Below are positions 10,695 to 19,777 of a stretch of DNA of 64,000 bases, piece by piece (position 1 is the stretch's first letter; each line of letters opens with the position of its first letter). A model generated the notes under the pieces. The model saw nothing but the letters and a program-made list of their open reading frames with translations, made no database searches and had not been told where the DNA came from. Made by a program: the position numbers and the translations under genes. The DNA is from Felis catus (Eukaryota): positions 108,004,001-108,068,000 of the forward strand of contig NC_058377.1 of the NCBI RefSeq assembly GCF_018350175.1, in the 5' to 3' direction.

Positions 10695-12464
10695 TCAGGG
10701 CAGCGGGGACAGCGCCACCCCCTGGACGGCCCGGGCATCCTCCGGGACAGCCTGGGCCTCCTCCTCCGGATCGGCCTGGGCTCCCTCCTGGATGGCTTGG
10801 GCTCCCTCGTGGACGGCCTTCACCTCCTCCTGGAGGGCCTCTGCTTCCTCCTGGAGGCTCTTATATGACAAGTTCAGCTGGAACAAAAGGTTGCAGGGCC
10901 CAGAGGTGGGTACGGACCCCGGACAGGACTGTCTGAGGCCCGCTATGAGGCCCTCTAGCTGGGCTGGGAGGCAGGGAGGAGGGGGAGGCACAACGAAGAA
11001 AGGGGGTCCCGGGCTGAGGGGCTCACCAGCCTTTGCAGCTTCTCCCCCAGGGCCAGGTTGTCTGCTTGGATGGTGCTCAGTGACTCCCGAAGTCTAGAAT
11101 GGAAAGGGACCCGCGTCAGCCCCCAGGCTCTTGTCCTAAGCAGCTTCCCCGCAGCGCCCAACACGCGTCTCCTGCCTGGGCTGTGTGACCTGGAAAGGCC
11201 ACCTGGGAACGGGCTTTCACCAAGGGTCCAGTCTTGTCCTGGCAAAGCCATAGGTGGGGGCGGGTCCCCCCCCCCCCCCCAGTGACCGTGACTCACAGCA
11301 GGAGACCCAGACCGAAATGAAGAGTGTGTCTTCCTCTTCTCCAGCAGGAGAAGGGCCGGCTGCTCTGTCCCACAGGCTAGCCATCCCAGCCTGTTGGGCT
11401 GCAGCGGGGACCATGACAGAATTCTGCGTGGTTCCAGGCCAGCAAGAGGGTCGGCCCCGGAAGTAGCCCGGCCCGAGTGCTCTGGGTATGAATCAACGTG
11501 CCCACCCCTCGGATCTCTGCTATGGGAGCCCACGTGCAGCCCGGAGGGAATGTGTCCCCCTGCCCCACCCCCCAAACCTCTGTCTCCAGGCAGAGGTCTG
11601 ACCCTGGCATCACCACGGAGGGCCAAGTGGCCGCGGGATTACACAGACTCCAGAGCCTGGCACCCAGAGAACAGAGCCCCACCCCCGTTGCTCCACAGAC
11701 CAAACTGCTCCCTCCCAAGTTCTTGGACAGTTAAAGGTGGGGGTCCCCTTGCAGGCAGCCTTGCTGACCAGGCATGCGGGCACCCAGTTGCCCGATGGGA
11801 AAGAGCGGTCGCCTCCTGCACCTGTGGGGCAGGTTCCGCTCACACAGAAGGAGGGCACCGATGCTGGGGAGGGAGGGGACCTGCTGGCCAGTGAGGAGGT
11901 CATCCAGTGCAGAACGGTGAGCAGGCAGAAGAGGGGAAGGAGGAGGGGCACGCGAGGGTGCAAACCCACCGCTGTCAAGCCCGAGGCCCTGACCTCAGTG
12001 GGGGGGGGGAGCCCTGTCCCCCCACCCGCCCCCACCTGCCCCGGCCCAGCTCACCTCATGCAATCATTGTGTAAATGGCTGATTTCCTGTGAGGTCCGCC
12101 GGGCCCCCCAGTCTTCCTTGTCCAGGAACTGGTCCCCCTGGATCTCTGCGTCCCTGGGCAGAGTGCGCAGCAAGGGTTGGACCAGAGGGTCTAGAGGCTG
12201 GGGGAGGGCCTGGGGAGGGGGGCAGGCCCGGGCCCAGGTCTGCGCATCCCAGGGCCGAGTCCTGGCCCAGGTCTGAATGTTAACAGAGAGAAGCACCCTC
12301 TGCCTCCCTCCCCTGCACACACTCACTCAGCCTTACCCCTCGGGGTCTTTGGACTCCTTGGGCTCCGCTGTGCTCAGGAGTATAAACAGGAATGTGACGG
12401 TAGGTTCCGGCTGCAAGTTCCGCGGTTGCTCTGAAGAAGACGGCTTTGGCAGAGAAGGCGCCAT
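10695..12464 (-). CDS. Candidate uncharacterised spliced coiled-coil gene (possibly frameshifted or a pseudogene)
   Basis: Exons 12272-12055 (phase 0 to 2), 11093-11027 (2 to 0) and 10877-10695 (0 to TGA) have GTGAG donors and pyrimidine-rich AG acceptors and splice in frame: ...SQEISHLHNDCMR|LRESLSTIQADNLALGEKLQRL|LNLSYKSLQEEAEALQEEVKAVHEG... AATAAA at 10474-10469. An upstream exon 12469-12337 has GTCACCATGG (ATG 12464) but ends 1 nt out of phase. Confidence 0.55.
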
Positions 12465-12844
12465 GGTGACTGAAGGGCAGAAGGCTGGCGGCCAGGGAGA
12501 CTGGGTCCCCTCACACCGTAGAGCAAGACAGCGGGGCTGGTGGCCGGCAGTCCAGAGCTCCTCTCCGGCCGGGGAAGCGTTTCTCCAGCCACCTGCCACC
12601 CTCCCTGCCACCCCTGCCGTCTGCCTTGGGAGGCCCTGGTGCTTCCTGTCACCTCTAAGACTGGCTCCCCGGAGACCTGAGGGTCTTCTGGCTCCTGCTT
12701 CTCAACAGGCTGCACCTCTGGCTTCACCACGGGTGTAGAGTGGGCTCTTCGTCTGCCCCTGAGAGACTGAAGGAGACAGAAGCCCGGTTGGTGAGGCACG
12801 TCCGCCATCCTGCTGGTCTCCCCCTTTCCAGCCTTGTCTGGTTT

Positions 12845-13052
12845 TCTTTTTTTAATTGTTTATATATTTTTGAGAGAGACAGACAGGGAGCTGGGGAGGG
12901 ACAGAGAGAGAGGGAGGCACAGAATCCGAAAGCAGGCTCCAGGCTCTGAGCTGTCAGCCCAGAGCCTGATGCGGGGCTCGAACCCACGAACCGCAAGATC
13001 ACGACCTGAGCCTAAATCGGACGCTTAGCCGACGGAGCCACCCAGGCGCCCC
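12845..13052 (-). mobile_element. Can-SINE
   Basis: Full-length body with TSD CCTTGTCTGGTTTTCTT at 12832-12848 and 13051-13067. Confidence 0.92.
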
Positions 13053-13134
13053 TTGTCTGGTTTTCTTGACGTAGCCTCCGGTCTGGAGAGCCTCCACCAC
13101 CAGTTCTGTCTGGCAAACCAGACCCCTCAAAGTT

Positions 13135-13328
13135 AGGATTACCACATTTAGCAAATAAAGCGCAAGGAAGGGTACCAGTGAAATTTGAATCTCACATGAA
13201 ACCGAATACTTTTAAAAGCGTTAAGTATGGCCCACGCAGTGTTTGGGAAATACTTAGACTAAAAAATGATTCATGGTTTATCTGAAATTCAAATTTTACT
13301 AGGTGACCCGCATTTTATCTGGCAACAT
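13135..13328. mobile_element. MER53-like hAT MITE
   Basis: Imperfect palindrome: GGATTACCACATTTAGCAAATAAA...AAATTTGAAT versus ATTCAAATTT...TTATCTGGCAAC. Confidence 0.7.
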
Positions 13329-13837
13329 GCTACATGCTGGTAATATTTTAGAAACCGAACCCTTGCAAATGCAAGGTATAGGGGGTGGGGGCGTGACGGG
13401 CACCCTGTTGAAAGGAATCCTATAGAAGCTTGTAAAAAAGTGGAGAATCCCTCCCGTTTGGGGCATAGAAATCATCTATCGATGAGACACCGAGAAACAA
13501 ATAGTGTGGCATTCAAGACCCTCTCTTATGTACACCCCTGTTTCCAACCCCCTTAATACGCCACTGTCCCTGAACAGGTCTCTGCTCAGACCGGCCAGGA
13601 GCCTCACTTCCCAACACCAGCCTGAGCTGCCCCCACCGCCACTCTTGCCCGTGCTGTTCACCCCTCTCCTGTTCCCTCCCTGCTCTGTAATCTGAGCTGA
13701 ACCCCACTCTTTTCTCTGCTGAGCAGATGTGCCTCCCCGGGACCCCCGTGGACGGGTTCACATCCCTGAGCCTAAATATGCATCTGTGTCTACGAAGTGA
13801 TGTTACTAGCAGCTTCTCCCCAAGTGACAGGAAGTCT

Positions 13838-14028
13838 TTAAATATATATTTTTCAGTGTTTATTTTTGAGAGAGAGAGAGAGAGAATGCGATCGGGGGAG
13901 CACAGAGAGAGGGAGATGGGCTCTGTGCTGACAGCAGAGAGCCCGATGCGGGGCTCGAACTCACGAACCCTAAGATCATGATCTGAGCCGAAGTCGGATG
14001 CTCAACTGAATCACCCAGGCGCCCCCCG
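13838..14028 (-). mobile_element. Can-SINE
   Basis: SINE body with degenerate TSD CCCA(A/G)GTGACAG(G/A)AAGTCTT. Confidence 0.88.
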
Positions 14029-14069
14029 CCCCCAGGTGACAGAAAGTCTTCAGTCAATAGAGGGAATTG

Positions 14070-14620
14070 TCACCATTTTTCACTTTCAGATTTTCCAGAA
14101 TCTTGCACATCGGCTGGCCTAGTGATAGAGGACAATCCAATGAGAAGGCAAATAGTGACCTCCCGTGTGTCCTTCATACCGAGCTCCGTCTGGGCTTTTG
14201 ACAGGCCCATGGGTCGTGACAGGGATCCTATGTGAAGCCCTCTCTGCCGTCCATCGAGCCTTTCCGGGTGGCCTAAAATATTATAATTCCTGTCCACATG
14301 ATGTAAACAGAACCTTCGTGGCTGGCAATATCCTGCAGGAGTTCCTGTAACTCTCCAAAGTAACACCAGCGCTCCCAAGTGGGTAGCTCTGTCACTGGGT
14401 TTGATTTGTGTCCTGGGGGAAGTTGGCAGCGTAGAACAAGACCTACAAAACTAGCCGGGACCTTTGCCCCTGGTAAGGTTGCTTTGGTAATGAGGCTTAA
14501 AGACACGACTCCCATGGAAATAAAAAATAATTTACACAGGGTAGCCGATTTATACCAAAGAGCGAAACTGGAAGCAGCCTCAAGGGCCCAAGTATAAGAA
14601 AAGGTCAGTAATCAGTGGCC
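14070..14620 (-). mobile_element. Probable fossil LTR-retroelement (ERVL-like) reverse transcriptase fragment
   Basis: Motif-like remnants in the correct order on the minus strand: TDY* (~14612), WYKSATLCKLFFIS (from 14557), QLPPGHKSNP (~14425-14396) and, after a frameshift, LHHVD (~14306-14292). They resemble the RT motifs DYR, WY..IDL..AFF, LPQG..NSP and YIDD. Confidence 0.45.
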
Positions 14621-15564
14621 TGAACGTGACGGAACGCAGGTTACTCTGCAGTTAGTGGTCCCCAGTAAACCGTGTTGAGCTGCTTCCTGCGGGACGGGTC
14701 TCGGCAGGGTCCCCGAGAGCACACAGATAGGTGATCGTGACCCGGGGCTAGGGAAGGTCCCAGGTTCCCAGGTGAGCGCAGCACAGGGGGAGACGTGCCC
14801 TAACAGAAGCCTGTCGACAGCCCCGGCCACGAAAGAAGGGAGCCACACGTTTGGTTCAAAGCTCCAGCTAGATTCCGCCGCGAATGTGATGCTTGACTGT
14901 CCGTACATAGGAAATGGGGTATCTTGGCACGGGGAGAGCGATCCAAAAGAGGGAGCGGCTTGGGCAGGCCGGTGCTGAAGGGCACTCCCACCAGGGCACA
15001 GTGTGAGCTGGCCTGGGCTGTGGCCCCCAGGTGACAAGGAGGCATGGAGAGACCTTTGTGTGTCTGTGGGTCGTCTGGGCCGTAAGTAGGAGTGTGGGGG
15101 GGATGAGGAGACACGGGGGGTGGGGGGGGTGGGGGGTGGCGGGAAGCCAAGGGCCTTGGGAGTGGAGAGGCAGGCGCAACTGACCCCCCTGCCAAGCGTC
15201 TACACTGTGTGGATACCGGGGAACAAGTGCAGGAGACGCTGTGACACCACAAAAGCCAGCCTCTCAATGGTCTGTACGAATGATTATCTTTTATCCCTTC
15301 GAGACCCTACTTTCCATTCTTTTGGGTGTTACACTCAGAAGTGGAGTCGTGTAAAGGGCTTTAAGCAAGGGAGAGACGGGCTATTTTTGTCTTCTAGGAA
15401 ACTGAGTCTGGCCCCAGTGTGGAGTTTGGAAGGGAGAGGTTAAAAGGAACTAGACCTGCCAGGCCAGTGCTGTCCAACGGCCTTGGGACAGAGGGAGGCT
15501 GAGGTTAGGGCTGATGGGATGGGGCAAGGGCGAGCACAGAGTTGCAGATGACCCCCCGGGCCCC

Positions 15565-15662
15565 TTGACAGCAAAGAGCCCGACACGGGGCTTGAACTCA
15601 CAGTGAGATCATGACCTGAGCCGAAGTCGGATGCTTAACCAACTGAGCCACCCAGGCACCCT
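15565..15662 (-). mobile_element. Truncated Can-SINE
   Basis: tRNA-derived head only, ending CCACCCAGGCACCCC. Confidence 0.8.
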
Positions 15663-16286
15663 GAATTTAAGGAGTTAAAGCCCTTAATTTGTTCTAAGGG
15701 CCAGGAGGCAAGGACAAGTCTAAAGAGGAGCTGGAAGGGAGACTAGTTCGCGCCATAGGCCATCAAGCGGCACACGCGTCCCTGGGCGTCCGTGAGCCGG
15801 ATGGGCGAACTGAACCTGTATCTTTGACTAGCCCCCAGGAGGCTCTGCCCCTACTGTCGTAGGGCACGGCGGCTGGGCCAGTGTGAGAAGCTGGCTCCTT
15901 CGCAGGAGCCTCACAGGGGAACAGAGGCCGGCTTCTGTGAGGAGCAGGTCCCCAGGCACCGGGTGAAGCTCTTAGCAGCCCTTCTTTCCTCCTGGGACTG
16001 GAGGGGCTGGGGCTCCCTGGAGGCCCCCTTTCCAGGCAGTCCTGCCTTGAAGAAGCAAGTCCTGCCTTGAAGGGCCTGTTCTTGACTGGACAGAAAAAAA
16101 CAAACGTGAGAGCAGAGCAGTGATCACGGGGCCACCAGAGGCCAGGCTGGCAGTCCCCTGCACAAGGGGACAACCCTGGTGACACAGGTCAAAGGCTTGG
16201 CTTCCTGGGCCTCCCACCCTCGCCTCTGCCTCTATAAAAACAGCAGTCGACGAATGAGCAGAAACTTTGTAATCAAAAAAAATTTT

Positions 16287-16292
16287 TTTATT
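16287..16292 (-). other. CDCA5 polyadenylation signal
   Basis: Minus-strand AATAAA ~1.5 kb after the stop codon, followed by a U/GU-rich tract. Confidence 0.7.
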
Positions 16293-17771
16293 AAAACGAC
16301 AACACAATTTCCCCTTAAACTCTAGTCTTAATTTTTCAGGGACAGCGAGAATTTGCGACGATGCCATCAGCACAGCACCTGGCTACTCTCGACTCTGCTA
16401 AGACACTTCCCACGTGTCCCACCCCACCAGCCAGTGAGGACAAGAATTCTTTAGCTGTCCAGCTCTGGAGCGTCCGGGCCCGTCCGAGCAAGGGGGCTCG
16501 CTTGCAGGGTCTGACGAAGCACGAAGTGTTGAACAGGAGGCCCGGGATTCCCAGGCCTTTTGAGGGCTTTCACGGGTGCCCACCGGGCCCGTGCCGGATC
16601 ATCAAGTACCCTAACCCAGCATGCGTGCATCTCCCCTCTACCTCCACGGCCCCGTAAACGTCAGAAGACGTATGGCAGAAATCGTGGGAGGGCAGCCTCT
16701 GAGAGCATGCTCTTTACCAGCACTGAACCAAGAGAAGCAGGGGAGCAGGGCTCCCAGAAACAATGAGACAACACACCCACGCTCGCGCGCCCCATCTGCT
16801 CCTAACATCTCGTCAGGCGGTGTTCTCGTGTGAGCAGACACTAAGGAAGCTAAAACTGCCTCTGACCCTTGTGCCTTTCTGGCAGGTGAAAAGGCACCTC
16901 CTAGAACTTTATGGGTGTAGCTGCAAGACGCTAGCGGGACTCGGATTCGGATTGCTTGACCCTGTTTTCCCTCTACAGTGGAGTAGACTCTGCACTTTAT
17001 CTTGTAAGAAATAGGCTAAGCGACGATAAGGGCACCTCCCACCACAGCCCCTTCCCGGCCCTGTGCAGGCGTCCCCCAGAGGCCTGGGCCTCAGTTCCCG
17101 TGGCACCTAATGGCCACACCGAAAAACGCACCCTCCTGGCCCCCAGCAGCCTGGCATTTAACTGAACAATCTCAGCAGCAGAGCAGACCTACAGAACAGC
17201 TTTCATAGTAAGAGCTATGGTCTCAGACCCAACCGAGGCTTCCCTCCCTCCTTCACAATGTAAAACTCTACAGCGTCCAGCTTCTTCCTCAGAATTCTCC
17301 TGGACCATCTACAGAATCTGAGAGGGAGCCCAAGCTTCTTGACGCAGATGGGCTCGTGGCCGGGAACCAAACCCCCAGGAGAAGACGATGCAGGGTGGGG
17401 GGGATGCCTGAGGCTCGGTGCGGCTGATGCAGAGCAGCCTCAATCCCCCACAGCGGCCCAGGTCCTCTCTCACCTGCAACCCCAGCCTTTCACCTCCTCT
17501 GGCTGTGCCAGTAATCTCTACTCCCTGGTGTGGAAACTGGCTGGACTCCCCTGGGAGGGAAGGAGAGGCCGGTGGGTCAGAATAGACATGGGACAGCAGT
17601 ACGTTTCCTGAGATGCTGTCGCCGCTGCACAAGCTTTCAGAGGAGGACAGGCTTTGTGTGGTGACGGCAGATGCACAGGTAACAAGACCAGGGGAGGGGA
17701 CCCCAAGTGTCTTCTCTGCAGGGAGGAGGAGCTATGTACAAGGGAGGGGAGAATACGGCCCCCACGACATC

Positions 17772-19739
17772 TCATTCAACCAGGAGATCAAACTGCTCAG
17801 CAGCTTCGAACTCGGCATTCATGGCTGCAGCCCATTCATCCAGCTCTGATTTCTAGAGGAAGAGAAATGGGGGGGGGGGGGGGAAGGAGGGGACAGGTGA
17901 GTGAGGAAAGGGGCACGTTGGCCAGGGCATTTCTACCTATACCCTGCAGGTGCTGAGCCCCAGGCCAGCCTGAGTCCCGGCATGTCTCCCAGTGTGTCCC
18001 GTGTGCCAGCAGAGGAAATGCCCTGCCCCCCACTCACCAGGATCTCCGGAACCTTCTTTTTCTTTCGTTTCTCTTTCACAGCAGGTGGAGAGATTCCGGG
18101 GAGAGTGGTATCTGGGGCCCAGGGCTTCACAGGGACCCTGGGGACTTCGGTTAACTTTGAACACCTCACAGGTGAGACTCTGGCCAAGTCTTCTGACCCC
18201 AGCAGGCCCTCGAAGCCAAAGCAAGACCGGCGGCCTGGGGTGGAGGTGGAGGCAGAGCCGAGGGTCTCCAGCCGGCTGTAGGATCGCCTGACTTTCTTAG
18301 ACATTTCCAAGTCTCTGGCGTCCAGGTCTTCCCTGGAGTTGGACTTGACATTCAGGGGGCACAGCACAGGAGTAGGGGTGGGGGTGATGGGGACACTGCT
18401 TGTCTTGAAGGGCTCCTCCCTAGCAGGCTCCTTGCTAGAAGGGTTGTTTTCCTTCTCCAAGAAAAAAGCAATCTGTACCAGGGCAGAAGAGAGAACAACT
18501 CCTTGTTACTTAGCTGTTATTACTCACTTCCACAAAGGTCCGAGGAGATTCAGTGTGGAAAGACGCATAGAACACTTATAAAGGAAAAGACAGTTCGAGC
18601 AACACATCAGACCTTGAGACAAATTTGGGAAGAACAATCTGCCATCGCTTCTGAGTGCACTTCTGTAACGCAAGAGGACTTATCACCACTTGGTGGTGTC
18701 GGCTCTGTCTCCAAACAACACGTGACCAGAAGCTGGCCAACCTCTACTGATGCAGGCGTCCATCACGGGTCGTCCTGACCAGTGCAGTAACCTCTTGACC
18801 TCTCTTCCTGCTTCTGCCTGTGCCCTCTGTGGTCTACATGTCACACAGCTGGCAAGAGTTTTCCTAAAATGTGCATCCAGTCAGTAAGTACCTATTGGTC
18901 ACGGGCCCCGTTCCAGGCCCCGTTCTAGGCACTGGGAGAACAGGGAGTAGAACAGAGAAAACCCGGTCTCCGTGGGGCTTCCGTTCCCGTGGGAGGAAGA
19001 CAGAGCTAACGAACAGGGAAAAATCATGTAGCACGTCAGAGGTACTAAGCGCTTCGGAAAAAAAAAACAGGACAAGATAGGACTGGGGGTGGGTTGGAAT
19101 TTTAAGTAGGTGGAGCCTGCTTGGAATTCTCTCTGCCCCTCTCCTGCTTCAAAATAAAGAAATAAACTTAAAACAATCAAGAGAGGAAAAAAAAGAGAGG
19201 TCCACGCGTTGGCTCCTTAAAAATTCTACTCTCAGCTCAAACGCGACTTCCTCAGAGAAGGTATTTCTTACCATAGAGCAGAGACCAGCCCCTCCTACCA
19301 CTGCTATTTACTGCTGCCACCCTGACCTATCTCGTCCGGCAGCCACCACTCTCGGATTTTGGCTTGTTCACTGGTCAACCATCACCCCAACTGGAATATG
19401 AGGTTCCTGACAGCAAGGGGTCTTCGTCCGTCTGGGTGACCCTGCCTACATCCAGCACCTTCCGCAAAGCCCTGCGTGCAGCAGGCATTCCATAAATGCT
19501 CAGTGAACAGATGTACACAAAATTCCACACTGAGCTTTCTGGCAGCCAAGACAAGGTAAGAAACAGGACAAATTCCGTCACTCTTGTGGTCTAACAGAAG
19601 TATGTTGGTTATCAAGAGAGATACTTCCTAGCTACAAGCACTAGAAATCTGCCCCAGGAGTCTTAGTAAAGGGGATGCTGAATATGGGTGCCTGGGTGGC
19701 TCAGTCAGTTAAGCACTTGACTCTTATTTAATGTTTATT

Positions 19740-19777
<38 letters not shown>

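Noticed and set aside
11291-11414. Possible extra exon of the candidate gene (GTGAGT donor at 11296)
   Set aside because: No convincing acceptor, and the flanking exons already splice in frame without it.
14070-14378. Apparent similarity of GRQRG..I..L.RP to an SLC5-family C-terminus
   Set aside because: Only a few residues match and there is no flanking similarity; the RT-fossil reading explains more motifs.
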